DNA of 64,000 bases, from the NCBI GenBank assembly GCA_913060895.1, contig CAJXSN010000013.1, positions 4,134 to 68,133 on the forward strand, given 5' to 3'. Source of the stretch: an uncultured Sphingomonadaceae bacterium (GTDB taxonomy: Bacteria; Pseudomonadota; Alphaproteobacteria; Sphingomonadales; Sphingomonadaceae). Below are positions 19,084 to 29,052 of the stretch, one piece after another. The translations under genes and the position numbers were made by a program. Within the stretch, counting starts at the first letter, position 1. Each line of letters begins with the position of its first letter. The notes under the pieces were generated by a model. The model was not told the origin of the DNA. It worked only from the letters and a program-made list of their open reading frames with translations, and did no database searches.

Positions 19084-19755
19084 TCAGATCCTACCGCTTT
19101 TCCATACGACGCGCCCAATCACCTCCACCTCGCTCAAGGCGACTTCGACGGGGGGGTAGGCGACATTCTGGCTCAGCAAGCTCAGTCGTTCTTTTGCGGG
19201 ACTGGCGACGCGCTTTATCAACAGGGTATCGCCCAATCGTACGACATAGACACCGTCGCGCAGCAGGCGCGGCGTCCGGTCGACCAGCACCTCGTCGCCC
19301 GCGCGCAGCATGGGCTCCATACTGTCGCCTTCGACAGTGACCACGCTGAGCATTTTGGGATCGAACCCGTTGTCGCGCAGCCAGCGGTCTGAAAACCCGA
19401 AATTGTCGAACGGTGTTTCCGTGCCGGTGAACTGGCCGGGCCCGGCAGAGACGGATACCGGCAGGCGCGGGATAGGAATGAATCCGCCCCCCTTACGCCG
19501 TCCATACTGTGTATAGGAGTTTTCCTCCGCCCCTCCCAATTCCGCTTCATCTACTCCGAAGAACTCGGCCAGCTTGCGCCGGTCGCTCTCCTCCAGTTTC
19601 CGGGGGCTGCCCTTGCGTATGAACTGTTGCAGGTAGCTGGCATTACGCCCTATCAAACCGGAAAGTGCCGAAAGGCTGACGCTGCGATTCTGCGACAGTT
19701 CCAGCAATCTTTCGCGCGGATCAAAGGTTCTCTGGGCAGAAGACGAATTTACCAT
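19084..19755 (-). CDS. CI/LexA-type repressor: XRE-like HTH plus S24 autopeptidase domain
   Basis: The N-terminal HTH reads SLSALSGLIGRNASYLQQFIRKG. A candidate Ala-Gly cleavage site lies in VSVSAGPG. The S24 nucleophile is in EGDSMEP and the general base Lys in LLIKRV. Confidence 0.85.
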   Translation of the reverse strand: MVNSSSAQRTFDPRERLLELSQNRSVSLSALSGLIGRNASYLQQFIRKGSPRKLEESDRRKLAEFFGVDEAELGGAEENSYTQYGRRKGGGFIPIPRLPVSVSAGPGQFTGTETPFDNFGFSDRWLRDNGFDPKMLSVVTVEGDSMEPMLRAGDEVLVDRTPRLLRDGVYVVRLGDTLLIKRVASPAKERLSLLSQNVAYPPVEVALSEVEVIGRVVWKSGRI

Positions 19756-19761
19756 GTTTCC

Positions 19762-19820
19762 TTCCTAGACGAAAGATTTTTCCTAGACAAGTAGGATTCG
19801 GAGTGGAACATAACAGGAAT
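19762..19820. promoter_or_regulatory. Candidate operator region in the divergent spacer
   Basis: A 9-bp direct repeat TTCCTAGAC occurs at 19762-19770 and 19780-19788. An inverted repeat TCCTA-N6-TAGGA lies at 19781-19796. GAAC-N7-GAAT at 19806-19820 is one mismatch from the alphaproteobacterial SOS box GAAC-N7-GAAC. Confidence 0.3.
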
Positions 19821-19854
19821 AAATCAGCGAATCGTTCCCTGCCAGAGGTCAATC

Positions 19855-20043
19855 ATGCTCATCCGACGTATCGAGAAATTCCTGCGCGAAACCGACATGC
19901 CGCCAACCAAATTCGGACGGCTTGCGGCACATGATCCACGCTTTGTGCTGGACCTGCGCGGCGGGCGCGAACCACGCCCGTTGATGGAGGCCCGCTGCGA
20001 CAGTTTCATCAGTGGATACCGGGAGGCACTTCATGCATCCTGA
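19855..20043 (+). CDS. Small basic protein (62 aa), possible Cro-like partner of the repressor
   Basis: It is divergent from the S24 repressor, with an AGAGG SD 6 nt upstream of the ATG. The motif FGRLAAHDPRFVLDLRGGREPRP recalls small conserved alphaproteobacterial hypotheticals. No family could be assigned. Confidence 0.5.
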   Translation: MLIRRIEKFLRETDMPPTKFGRLAAHDPRFVLDLRGGREPRPLMEARCDSFISGYREALHAS

Positions 20044-20398
20044 AACCCTGAACAGGCCGCCCTGCACCGCCCGCACATTTGTCCGCCGGAGTCTTTCCGA
20101 ACGTCTGCGCGCGGCGATCATTGCGCTGGCCGATGGTCACGGCAAAGTCGCGGGCCATAGCGAGAAATCATGGGCCAGCATCACCTTCGCCGGCACTCGC
20201 CACAGCCTGCAATTGGTATTCGAAGGGTGCGATGCCGTGGAAGCTGGCGAACGCATGATAGCCGCTCTGCCAGATCACGAATTTACCATCCCGCGACAAC
20301 TGGTCGCCGATGCCACCATTATCGCCGTTGAATCCACCCTACTGCCCGCACCAGAAATGACCGTTTCGTGCCAGCTATTGCTGCTGGAGGATGTGTGA
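20033..20398 (+). CDS. Hypothetical protein (121 aa)
   Basis: ATG 20033 lies 6 nt after a strong GGGAGG SD and overlaps the upstream gene by 11 nt, which suggests translational coupling. No motif was recognised. Confidence 0.45.
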   Translation: MHPETLNRPPCTARTFVRRSLSERLRAAIIALADGHGKVAGHSEKSWASITFAGTRHSLQLVFEGCDAVEAGERMIAALPDHEFTIPRQLVADATIIAVESTLLPAPEMTVSCQLLLLEDV

Positions 20399-20407
20399 GA
20401 GCCGTGC

Positions 20408-21355
20408 TCAATACCCCAATGCGAGGTCCATCTCCGGTTCGACAGGTTCACCCCGGTGCCAACGATCCAGATTGTCCACGAACCGGTCGACGCTGCGCTG
20501 AAACATTTTGGTCTGCGCGCGGCCGGATAAGTGCATGGTGATCTGCGCGTTATCCAGCGACCACAGCGGGTGGTCCTCCGGCAAAGGTTCAGGCGTTGTC
20601 ACATCCAGCAGCGCGGCCTCGATGGACTTGGTCTGCAATGCTTCCACCAGCGCATCCTGATCGACCACCGATCCGCGCGCGATATTCACCAGAACGCCTG
20701 TGTCCTTCATCGCGGCAAGTTCCGCCGCACCGATCATCCCTTCCGTCTCGGGCGTCGCGGGAACAGCCAGAACGGTCCAGTCGAACTCGCCCAGCCGGGC
20801 GCGCCATTCATCCGGCTTCAGCGCACCATCCGCACCAGACCGGCGCACCGGCACGACTTCCATACCGAATGCCTCCAGACGGGTCTTAACAAGCCCTCCG
20901 ATAGCGCCCATGCCCAGCAGCAGCACTTTCTCGCCATACAGTTCCCGCTTGCCGGGGCTGTCGAGCAGCCATTCGTGCCGGTCCTGAGCGCGCACGACTT
21001 CGCGGTAGCCCTTCGCGTGGGAAAGCATCAGCATCACGATATATTCCGCAATAGTGATCGCGTTAATTCCCGCGCCATTGGTCACCACCACCCCGCGCTC
21101 GATCATCAAATCCTGCGGCAGGAAATCGAGCCCGGCATAGATTGAGTTCATCCATTTGAGGTTCGTCGCAGCCTCTACCACCGCGACCATCGACGAAGTT
21201 TCGTTCATGTCGAACCAGCCGATCTCGGCGCGCGGAACAGCTTCCAGCGCCTCCTCCCTGCTCATGAACCATATCGGCTCGATCCAATCGGGCAGGCGCT
21301 GCTCAAGCAGAGGGCGGATCATGCCAGACAGTGCAGCGGGGGTTTTTGTGGTCAT
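20408..21355 (-). CDS. D-isomer-specific 2-hydroxyacid dehydrogenase family protein
   Basis: It has a Rossmann motif (LLLGMGAIGGLV) and catalytic region residues (NIARGSVVD...E...H). Its start overlaps the cysS stop by 4 nt. Confidence 0.85.
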   Translation of the reverse strand: MTTKTPAALSGMIRPLLEQRLPDWIEPIWFMSREEALEAVPRAEIGWFDMNETSSMVAVVEAATNLKWMNSIYAGLDFLPQDLMIERGVVVTNGAGINAITIAEYIVMLMLSHAKGYREVVRAQDRHEWLLDSPGKRELYGEKVLLLGMGAIGGLVKTRLEAFGMEVVPVRRSGADGALKPDEWRARLGEFDWTVLAVPATPETEGMIGAAELAAMKDTGVLVNIARGSVVDQDALVEALQTKSIEAALLDVTTPEPLPEDHPLWSLDNAQITMHLSGRAQTKMFQRSVDRFVDNLDRWHRGEPVEPEMDLALGY

Positions 21356-22800
21356 TGCGGCGACTCCAGTTTCCAGTCCCAGCCCAGTGGATCGCCGTCC
21401 ATCACCTCGACGCCCTTGGCCGACAGGCTTTCGCGGATGGCATCGCTGGTGGCAAAGTCCTTCGCCGCGCGGACTTCCTTGCGGCGAACAAGATCTGCTT
21501 CGATTTCGGCCTCTGTAGTTTGTGCATCGGCTGGATGGATGCGCAAGTCTTTGCGGGTCAGTGCGTCAAGTTGCAGACCGAGGACCAGGCTCATCTCCTC
21601 CATCGCGGCGCGCTTCGCTCCTGAATCGATTTTCTTGGCCGCCAGCACGTCCTCCAGTGCAGTCAGCGCCACGGATGTGTTGAGATCATCGGCCATTGCA
21701 GTGGCGAATTTCGTGCGCGCCGGAACGAGTTTGGGATGGTTGGCATCGCCGCCCGGTTCCTGCACCAGTTTTTCTGCGGACATGACCAGCCGCTTCAGCC
21801 GGGTCAGCGCTGCGCCCAGCCCTTCCCACGTAAACTCCAGCTCGCTGCGGTAGTGCGCCTGCAGGCACAGCATCCGGTAGGCGAGCGGGTGAAACCCGCG
21901 ATCGACCAGCGTTTGCAGGATCAGGAAATCGCCGCTGGACTTGCTCATCTTCCCGCGCCGGTCGACCAGGAAATTGTTGTGCATCCAGATGTTTGCGCCG
22001 CTCTTTTCTGAGCAATTATGCGCCTGGTTCTGGGCGATCTCGTTCGGGTGGTGAATCTCGCGGTGGTCGATCCCGCCGGTGTGGATGTCGAACGGGTGGC
22101 CGAGCAGTTCCGCGCTCATCACGCTGCATTCGATATGCCATCCCGGCGCGCCCTTCCCCCACGGGCTGTCCCATTCCATCTGCCGGTCCTCACCCGCCGG
22201 CGTGGTGCGCCAGATAGCGAAGTCGGCCGCATTGCGCTTGCCGTCCACGCTTTCGATCCGGCCTTCGCGCTCGTCGTCTTTGGATTCTGTCACAGCCCGC
22301 GCCAACCGCCCGTATTCGTGGACGGTGGAGATATCGAAATAGAGCCCGCTATCGAGGCGGTAGCAGTGTTTGTCCTCAATGCCTTTAGCCCAGTCGATCA
22401 TCGCTTCGACGTAATCGGTTGCACGCGGGTGCTGCACCGGGCGCACGTTCAGCCGTGCCAGATCGTCTTCGAACACCTGCTGGTAATGGCGTGCAATGTC
22501 CCACGCGCTTTTGCCCGCGCTGGCGGCCGCCTTTTCCATCTTGTCGTCGCCCGCATCGGCGTCGCTGGTCAGATGGCCGACGTCGGTAATATTAATGACG
22601 TGGCTGAGTTTATACCCAGCCCATTCCAGCGTCCGCCCCAGCGTATCGGCAAAGACATAGGCGCGCATATTGCCGACATGCTGGTAATTATAGACCGTGG
22701 GCCCGCAGGTATAGACGCGTGCCTCACCCGGATGAATGGGCTCGAAGTCCTCAAGGCTGCGGGTAAGGGAATTAAAGAGCTTGATAGGTCGCGTGGTCAT
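21352..22800 (-). CDS. cysS: Cysteine--tRNA ligase
   Basis: It has a HIGH-type motif (HVGNMRAY), a KMSKS motif (KMSKSSG), and typical overall length and order. Confidence 0.95.
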   Translation of the reverse strand: MTTRPIKLFNSLTRSLEDFEPIHPGEARVYTCGPTVYNYQHVGNMRAYVFADTLGRTLEWAGYKLSHVINITDVGHLTSDADAGDDKMEKAAASAGKSAWDIARHYQQVFEDDLARLNVRPVQHPRATDYVEAMIDWAKGIEDKHCYRLDSGLYFDISTVHEYGRLARAVTESKDDEREGRIESVDGKRNAADFAIWRTTPAGEDRQMEWDSPWGKGAPGWHIECSVMSAELLGHPFDIHTGGIDHREIHHPNEIAQNQAHNCSEKSGANIWMHNNFLVDRRGKMSKSSGDFLILQTLVDRGFHPLAYRMLCLQAHYRSELEFTWEGLGAALTRLKRLVMSAEKLVQEPGGDANHPKLVPARTKFATAMADDLNTSVALTALEDVLAAKKIDSGAKRAAMEEMSLVLGLQLDALTRKDLRIHPADAQTTEAEIEADLVRRKEVRAAKDFATSDAIRESLSAKGVEVMDGDPLGWDWKLESPQ

Positions 22801-22830
22801 ACGTCGGCTTTGCCAAGCTGGCGGCGCACG

Positions 22831-23493
22831 TCAATCCCAGCCGAGGAAAGTCACCTGTTCCTCCAGCGGGACACGCTCGCGGTCGTACGTGTTCACAGGC
22901 GCATCTTCCTGACGGTAGCCGATGGCCATGCCGCAGAAGAGCATCGTGCGTTCGTGATCGAGGCCGAGAAAGTCGCGGATCGGCGTGGCATACAGCGCCA
23001 TGAATTCCTGGAAGCAGCAATCAAGCCCTTCCTCGCGCAGCAACAGCGCGACCGTTTGCAGCCACATGCCGGTGTCCGACCACTGCGCTTCCTTCATCAG
23101 GCGCGGGAAGTAGCACAGCAGCAACGCCGGTGAATCCCAGCTTTCGCGGTTGCGCATCATTGCCTTCTGCCGTCCCTCGGCATCGTCGCGGGCAATACCC
23201 ATCGCGCCGAACATGCCTTTTGAAACGGCATTCAGACGCTCTTTATAGGCTTTCTCCGTACCCGGAGCCGTCCAGTCATATTCCGCCTGACCCATCGGAG
23301 CTTCGGCCAGAATACCCCGCAACTCCGCCAGCGGCGCACCGGTGAGAATGGTTGCCTCCCACGGCTGGTAATTGCATCCCGAAGGCGCCCAGCGCGCGGT
23401 GTCCATGACCCGGCGAATGGTTTCCAGATCGATCTGCCGATCGGTGAAAGCCCGCACGGAACGGCGTGATTTGACGGCTTCGGTGACGTTCAT
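22831..23493 (-). CDS. Nitroreductase-family protein
   Basis: The N-terminal RRSVRAF motif and PSGCNYQPW are typical of FMN nitroreductases. Confidence 0.85.
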   Translation of the reverse strand: MNVTEAVKSRRSVRAFTDRQIDLETIRRVMDTARWAPSGCNYQPWEATILTGAPLAELRGILAEAPMGQAEYDWTAPGTEKAYKERLNAVSKGMFGAMGIARDDAEGRQKAMMRNRESWDSPALLLCYFPRLMKEAQWSDTGMWLQTVALLLREEGLDCCFQEFMALYATPIRDFLGLDHERTMLFCGMAIGYRQEDAPVNTYDRERVPLEEQVTFLGWD

Positions 23494-23538
23494 ATTTTTC
23501 CTTCGTCATTCCGGCAGTGGCGGGGTTGCCTCGTTCGC

Positions 23539-25359
23539 TCAGTTCTCGATGTCAAATAAATCAGCTAACTGTTCTATGATCGTCCCGCCAAGCTGCTCGA
23601 CATCCATAATGGTAACCGACCGGCGGTAATAGCGTGTCACGTCATGGCCGATGCCGATGGCGGCGAGTTGCACGGGCGACGATTTCTCCACCCACTCGAT
23701 AACCTTGCGCAGATGGCTTTCCAGATAGCCTGCGCTGTTGACGCTCAGCGTGCTGTCATCCACCGGCGCGCCGTCGGAGATTACCATAAGAATGCGCCGG
23801 TCTTCGGGGCGGGCGATCAAGCGGTTGTGCGCCCATAGCAGCGCCTCGCCGTCGATGTTTTCCTTCAGAAGGCCTTCGCGCATCATCAGGCCCAGATTGC
23901 GGCGCGCACGGCGCCACGGCTCGTCGGCTTTTTTGTAAAGAATGTGGCGTAAATCGTTGAGACGGCCGGGCGCCTGCGGCTTGCCATCGTTCAGCCATGC
24001 CTCGCGCGACTGCCCGCCCTTCCATGCGCGGGTGGTAAAGCCGAGAATTTCGGTCTTCACGCCGCAGCGTTCCAGCGTGCGCGCCATAATGTCCGCACTG
24101 ATCGCGGCGATCGAAATCGGACGGCCACGCATAGAGCCGGAATTGTCTATCAGCAGCGTGACGACAGTGTCCTTGAAATCGGTATCGCGCTCCATCTTGT
24201 AACTAAGCGACTGGCCAGGGCTGATCACCACGCGGGCAAGACGCGCAGCATCAAGCAGCCCTTCTTCCTGATCGAAATCCCAACTGCGGTTCTGCTGCGC
24301 CATCAGACGACGCTGGAGCCTGTTGGCAAGCTTTGTCACCACCGACTGCAGCCCGGTCAGCTGGCTGTCGAGATAGGCGCGCAGGCGGTCCAGTTCCTCA
24401 CTGTCGCACAGCTCTGTCGCTTCGATTTCTTCGTCGTAACTCGTGGTGTAGGCGGTGTAATCGAAACTGTCGGGAATGTCTGTCCATGGGCGGTTCGGCC
24501 GTACGGGCTGCATGCCCTCCTCGCCTTCGTCGCCCAGTTCGCCGTCCTGCATGTCTTCTTCGCCGGACAGTTCGGCTTCGCCTTCGCCGCTTTCCTCGCC
24601 CTCTTCCATCTCGCCGGCCATTTCTGCCGGATTGGGCTGATCTTCGCCGCCGTTATCCTCGTCTTCGCCCTCGTCCTCTTCCTCATTCTCTTCTTCACCG
24701 TCATCACCGTCGGTGTCTTCAGGCGCATCCTGCGGGCGCGTCAGCTCGAGATGTTCGAGCATATCAAGGGCAAGTTTTTGAAAAGATTTCTGGTCTTCGA
24801 GAATATCGGAGAGGCCTGTGAAATCCTCGCCAACCCGGTCCTCGATAAATTCGCGGACCATACCGACACCCGCCTGTGCCCGGCCCGGCACAGCCTGCCC
24901 GGTCAGGGCCTCGCGCAGCATCAGTGATACAGCGGTTTGTAGCGGAACCTCTGCCTCGCTTTGTGCGCGGGCAATGGGATCGGAAGCGGTCCGCAGCTCT
25001 ACTGCCGCGTCAAGGTTGGCCGCTATTCCGCTGAAACGATTGGAGCCTAAAGCCTCGTAACGCACCTGCTCCACCGCATCATACACCGCGCGGGCGACCG
25101 GTTCTGCGGGGGCCTGCCGTTCATGGAGCGCCGTGTTGTGATGACGCAATTTCAAGGCAAAGCTGTCGGCAAACCCGCGCGCTTCGGTCGCTTGTTCTGC
25201 CGGCAGCGAGCGGCCCGGTAAAGGCACGCGGAAATTATTGCCCGCGGATGAGGGGCTATCCGCGCTCCACGCCACTTCCACTTCGGGATCGCGGGCGATC
25301 GCCCGCGCGCCGCCGGTAAGGGCGCGCTTGAACTGGTCGAGGGGGGTTTCGTCCGACAT
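23539..25359 (-). CDS. cobT: CobT-like (aerobic cobaltochelatase subunit T family) VWA protein
   Basis: It has a CobT N-domain, a long acidic linker ([24 protein letters not shown]...) and a C-terminal VWA domain with a MIDAS motif (LLIDNSGSM). Confidence 0.85.
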   Translation of the reverse strand: MSDETPLDQFKRALTGGARAIARDPEVEVAWSADSPSSAGNNFRVPLPGRSLPAEQATEARGFADSFALKLRHHNTALHERQAPAEPVARAVYDAVEQVRYEALGSNRFSGIAANLDAAVELRTASDPIARAQSEAEVPLQTAVSLMLREALTGQAVPGRAQAGVGMVREFIEDRVGEDFTGLSDILEDQKSFQKLALDMLEHLELTRPQDAPEDTDGDDGEEENEEEDEGEDEDNGGEDQPNPAEMAGEMEEGEESGEGEAELSGEEDMQDGELGDEGEEGMQPVRPNRPWTDIPDSFDYTAYTTSYDEEIEATELCDSEELDRLRAYLDSQLTGLQSVVTKLANRLQRRLMAQQNRSWDFDQEEGLLDAARLARVVISPGQSLSYKMERDTDFKDTVVTLLIDNSGSMRGRPISIAAISADIMARTLERCGVKTEILGFTTRAWKGGQSREAWLNDGKPQAPGRLNDLRHILYKKADEPWRRARRNLGLMMREGLLKENIDGEALLWAHNRLIARPEDRRILMVISDGAPVDDSTLSVNSAGYLESHLRKVIEWVEKSSPVQLAAIGIGHDVTRYYRRSVTIMDVEQLGGTIIEQLADLFDIEN

Positions 25360-25363
25360 TGGC

Positions 25364-26017
25364 TTACAAAATACTCTGCCCGGTTGCCTTCCAGTCTTTC
25401 ATGAAGCCTTCGATACCCCTGTCCGTCAGTACATGCTCGGCAAGCGCCATTATAACCTTGGGCGGTGCAGTCATCACGTCTGCTCCGATCAACGCGCTAT
25501 CCAGAACGTGGCCGACATGGCGCACGCTGGCGACCAGGATTTCGGTCTCGAAATCGTAATTGTCGTAGATCTGGCGGATGTCGCGGATCAGGTCCATTCC
25601 GTTGACGCCGTTGTCGTCATGGCGGCCCACGAAAGGCGAAACGAACGTCGCCCCCGCCTTCGCCGCAAGCAATGCCTGATTGGCGCTGAAGCACAGGGTC
25701 ACATTGACCATAGTGCCATCCTGCGTCAGCGCGTTACAGGTTTTCAGCCCGTCGATAGTCAGCGGCACCTTGATGCAGACATTGTCCGCAATCGCGCGCA
25801 ACTTGTCCGCTTCCTTCATCATCGTGGGATGATCGAGCGCGACGACTTCGGCGCTCACCGGACCATCCGTAAGGCCGCAGATTTCCTTGGTCACTTCCAT
25901 GAAATCCCGCCCGGATTTTGCAATCAGGCTGGGGTTGGTGGTTACACCGTCGAGCAAGCCGGTCTCGGCCAGATCTTTAATATCGGCGATTTCGGCAGTG
26001 TCTGCGAAGAATTTCAT
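25364..26017 (-). CDS. tal: Transaldolase type 3B / fructose-6-phosphate aldolase
   Basis: The sequence [16 protein letters not shown]...GVTTNPSL and the 217-aa length fit this family. The gene lies 4 nt upstream of cobT. Confidence 0.9.
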   Translation of the reverse strand: MKFFADTAEIADIKDLAETGLLDGVTTNPSLIAKSGRDFMEVTKEICGLTDGPVSAEVVALDHPTMMKEADKLRAIADNVCIKVPLTIDGLKTCNALTQDGTMVNVTLCFSANQALLAAKAGATFVSPFVGRHDDNGVNGMDLIRDIRQIYDNYDFETEILVASVRHVGHVLDSALIGADVMTAPPKVIMALAEHVLTDRGIEGFMKDWKATGQSIL

Positions 26018-26029
26018 TTGATCAGTGCT

Positions 26030-26074
26030 CCGGCTGGCGATTCTTTCGATGCCTTAGCGAGACGCGCCAGCCGG
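26030..26074. terminator. Hairpin between the DUF4197-like gene and tal
   Basis: CCGGCTGGCG (26030-26039) and CGCCAGCCGG (26065-26074) form a 10-bp perfect stem with a 25-nt loop. There is no U-tract. Confidence 0.3.
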
Positions 26075-26114
26075 GGCTAGATGGTCAAAAAGGGGATGCA
26101 GGAAAGCTAACGGG

Positions 26115-26816
26115 TCAGAGCAGCCCGCCGGCCGCCCCGAACACGCCGATCAGCAGCGGATCGCCGGTAGCTTGCGGATCAGCGCGGATGGCCGATTCTT
26201 CACGCCCGATCTCGTTCCAGATCGCATCGTTCACATTCTGACCGAGCCGATTGCCCACAGCCGCAATGTCTATGCCCGAAAGCGCGTTGATTGCCTGGCC
26301 AACCAGCGGCTCTTGCGTGATGCGGATCGCCTCCCAGATGCCGGGCACCATCGCATCAAGCAGCCCAGTTCCGAGATTGCCCCGCAGGAATTCGGTGGCG
26401 GCCATCGGCCCGCCGCGCACCAGAGCCACTGCGTTCTGGATGCCGACGGTTCGCACGGCATCGATGACCAGCGGCGCAGCGCGCTCACTGGCGTCCACGG
26501 CAAAACCGGCAAATTCGCGCTCCAGCCGTGATTTGAACAGGGCCGAGGTGAGAATACCCGACAATACGTCGCCGCGCGTACCGAGCAGATTTCCGAGCCC
26601 GATCTGTGCGACCTGCTGGTCCCAGAAGCCGCCGGTAACCGTCATACGGGAAAACGCGCGCTCGCTGGAAAGAAGCAGCATACGCCGTACGGCTTCGGCG
26701 AGGCTGAAACCGCCAGCCCCGGTCGTGCAGCCGGAAAACAGCAGGCCGCCCGCAGCGACGCCCACCCCGCCCATAAACATGCGGCGGTTTGTCGGTGTAA
26801 TCAGAAGTTCGGTCAT
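26115..26816 (-). CDS. DUF4197-like exported protein
   Basis: It has a Tat/Sec-like N-terminus (NRRMFMGGVGVAAGGLLFSGC) followed by an alpha-helical repeat-like sequence. The family assignment is from memory only. The start was chosen at ATG 26816. Confidence 0.5.
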   Translation of the reverse strand: MTELLITPTNRRMFMGGVGVAAGGLLFSGCTTGAGGFSLAEAVRRMLLLSSERAFSRMTVTGGFWDQQVAQIGLGNLLGTRGDVLSGILTSALFKSRLEREFAGFAVDASERAAPLVIDAVRTVGIQNAVALVRGGPMAATEFLRGNLGTGLLDAMVPGIWEAIRITQEPLVGQAINALSGIDIAAVGNRLGQNVNDAIWNEIGREESAIRADPQATGDPLLIGVFGAAGGLL

Positions 26817-26871
26817 TATTGCGGCTCCCTGCCTTGCCGCGCCTGTATGGCGGCCCTCATATAACAGCCAT

Positions 26872-29037
26872 ATGAACCGCGCCCGCCTTCTTGTCCTCAA
26901 TGCTGCCCTTGGCACGCTGGATTACAGAGTGCCCGAAGGGATGTCGCTTGTGCCGGGATCGGTGGTGGTCGCGCCTTTGGGCCCGCGCCAGATCATCGGG
27001 ATTGTGTGGGAAGAAGACCGGCTGCCGTCCGAACCTGTTCCCGATGCCAAGCTGCGGCCGCTACTGGAAGTTGTTCCTGTACCGCCTTTGCGCGCCGAAT
27101 TGCGCCGTCTGATCGAATGGACGTCGGAATATTACTGCGCTCCGATGAGCGCGGTGGCGCGCATGGTGCTGTCCAGCGGCGGTGCGATGCGCGGTCCGGC
27201 GACGATGACCGAATACCGTCTGACGGGCGGAATGCCCGAACGCACGACTCCGCAGCGCGAACGGGCGATGGAACGGCTGGAGGGTGAGCAGGCAACGATC
27301 CGCGAACTGGCGGAGATTGCAGGCGTGTCGGACGGGGTGCTGCGCGGGCTGGTCAATCAGGGTGTGTTGGAACCGGTGATAGTGGATATCGACCGCCCCT
27401 ACCCACGGGCCGATGCCGACCATGCAGAGGCGATACTGTCGGACGATCAGCGCGAGGTGTCGGATGAACTGGTAAAGGCTGTGGAGGCCCGCGCCTTCGC
27501 CCCCATACTGCTCGACGGGGTCACCGGATCGGGCAAGACCGAAACCTATTTCGAACCGCTCGCTACCGCTCTGCGTGCAGACAGGCAGGTGCTGGTCCTG
27601 TTGCCGGAAATCGCCCTGACCGAAGCGTTCCTGCGCCGCTTCGAGGATCGCTTCGGTGCAAAGCCCATAGTATGGCATTCCAGTCTGAAATCGACCGAGC
27701 GGCGGCGGGCGTGGCGCGCGATTGGAACAGGCGAGGCGCAGGTCGTGGTCGGCGCACGCTCCGCGCTGTTCCTGCCCTACGCCAATCTGGGCCTGATCGT
27801 AGTGGACGAAGCGCACGAGATCAGCTTCAAACAAGACGACGGTGTGCGTTACAACGCCCGCGACGTGGCGGTGATGCGGGGACACTTCGAGAAAATCCCG
27901 GTGGTGCTGGCCAGCGCCACACCCGCGCTGGAAAGCCTGCAAATGGCCGAGAGCGGCATTTACCGCAAGCTGGAGTTGCCCAGCCGGTTCGGCGGCGCGC
28001 AGATGCCCGATATCCAGCTGCTCGATCTGACCAAGGAGCAGCCTGAGCGTGGCAAATGGCTCGCCCCGCGGCTGGCCGATGCACTGGCTGACAGGCTGGA
28101 AAAGGGCGAGCAATCGCTGCTGTTTCTCAACCGTCGCGGCTATGCTCCGCTGACCCTGTGCCGCAATTGCGGATACCGCTTCCAGTGCCCCAATTGCAGC
28201 GCATGGCTGGTCGAACATCGTTTCACCCAGCGTCTCGCCTGCCATCACTGCGGGCACGATACCGCTCCGCCCGACACCTGCCCTGATTGCGGCGAGCCGG
28301 ACTGCATGGTGGCCTGCGGTCCGGGGGTGGAGCGGATTGCGGACGAGGTAAAAGAACTGCTGCCCGAAGCCCGCGTGGCTCTGGTCACCAGCGATACTCT
28401 GGGCAGCCCCGACCGCGCGGCGGAGTTTGTCGCGCAGGCAGAGGGCGGCGCAATCGACGTGATTGTCGGCACGCAATTGGTGACCAAGGGATTTCATTTC
28501 CCGGAACTGACACTGGTGGGCGTGGTCGATGCGGACCTTGGCCTCGAAGGCGGTGACCTGCGCGCTGCCGAGCGCACATACCAGCAAGTCGCACAGGTCG
28601 CGGGGCGCGCCGGACGCGGCGCGAAACCCGGCGAAGTCATTATCCAGACCCGCCACCCTGATGCGCCAGTGATCGCTGCGCTGGAAGCAGGCGACCGCGA
28701 TGCGTTCTACGAGGCGGAAACCGATGCCCGCCGCCATGCAGGCGCCCCGCCTTTTGGCCGATGGGCCGCGATTATCGTGTCGAGCGAAGAAGAAAACGAA
28801 GCCCGCGATGCCGCGCGTATGATCGGGGGCAACCAGCCCAAACTGAGCGATATCTCAATCCTCGGCCCCGCACCCGCGCCAATGGCCCTGCTGCGCGGCC
28901 GTTACCGCTACCGCCTGCTGATTACCGCGCGCCGCTCCGCCAATGTGCAGGCCGCAATCCGCGACTGGCTCGGTCCGCTGGACTTCCCGCGCGGCGTGCG
29001 GGTAAGCGTCGACATCGATCCCTACAGTTTCGTCTAA
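26872..29037 (+). CDS. priA: Primosomal protein N' (replication restart helicase PriA)
   Basis: It has a Walker A (GVTGSGKTE), a DEAH box (VVDEAHE) and a Cys-rich zinc-binding region (CRNCGYRFQCPNCSAWL...CHHCGH...CPDCG). The 5' 621 nt of ORF 26251-29037 were rejected as an antisense extension. Confidence 0.95.
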   Translation: MNRARLLVLNAALGTLDYRVPEGMSLVPGSVVVAPLGPRQIIGIVWEEDRLPSEPVPDAKLRPLLEVVPVPPLRAELRRLIEWTSEYYCAPMSAVARMVLSSGGAMRGPATMTEYRLTGGMPERTTPQRERAMERLEGEQATIRELAEIAGVSDGVLRGLVNQGVLEPVIVDIDRPYPRADADHAEAILSDDQREVSDELVKAVEARAFAPILLDGVTGSGKTETYFEPLATALRADRQVLVLLPEIALTEAFLRRFEDRFGAKPIVWHSSLKSTERRRAWRAIGTGEAQVVVGARSALFLPYANLGLIVVDEAHEISFKQDDGVRYNARDVAVMRGHFEKIPVVLASATPALESLQMAESGIYRKLELPSRFGGAQMPDIQLLDLTKEQPERGKWLAPRLADALADRLEKGEQSLLFLNRRGYAPLTLCRNCGYRFQCPNCSAWLVEHRFTQRLACHHCGHDTAPPDTCPDCGEPDCMVACGPGVERIADEVKELLPEARVALVTSDTLGSPDRAAEFVAQAEGGAIDVIVGTQLVTKGFHFPELTLVGVVDADLGLEGGDLRAAERTYQQVAQVAGRAGRGAKPGEVIIQTRHPDAPVIAALEAGDRDAFYEAETDARRHAGAPPFGRWAAIIVSSEEENEARDAARMIGGNQPKLSDISILGPAPAPMALLRGRYRYRLLITARRSANVQAAIRDWLGPLDFPRGVRVSVDIDPYSFV

Positions 29038-29052
29038 GAGGAAATTTTACGC

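Noticed and set aside
19756-19854. EcfG-like motifs occur in the repressor spacer: GGAAC (19805) ... CGTT (19833) on the plus strand, and GGAAC-N17-CTGT on the minus strand.
   Set aside because: The plus-strand spacing is 23 nt, whereas the consensus is 16-17. The minus-strand -10 does not match CGTT. These are probably chance occurrences.
24540-24720. A low-complexity GA/GC-rich stretch lies inside cobT.
   Set aside because: It encodes the acidic Asp/Glu linker typical of CobT-family proteins and is not an independent repeat element. That cobT lies away from other cob genes is, as far as I recall, common in alphaproteobacteria.
26251-26871. 5' extensions of track ORFs: 26251-29037 for priA and 16745-17746 for the MAPEG gene.
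   Set aside because: The extensions run antisense through real genes (the DUF4197-like gene; plsX/rpmF). They precede internal ATGs that give normal-length proteins, so the starts were reset to 26872 and 17348.
27061-28737. A 558-aa minus-strand ORF lies inside priA.
   Set aside because: It is an antisense shadow of priA, which has Walker A, DEAH and zinc-finger motifs on the plus strand. Its composition is low-complexity and Arg-rich.
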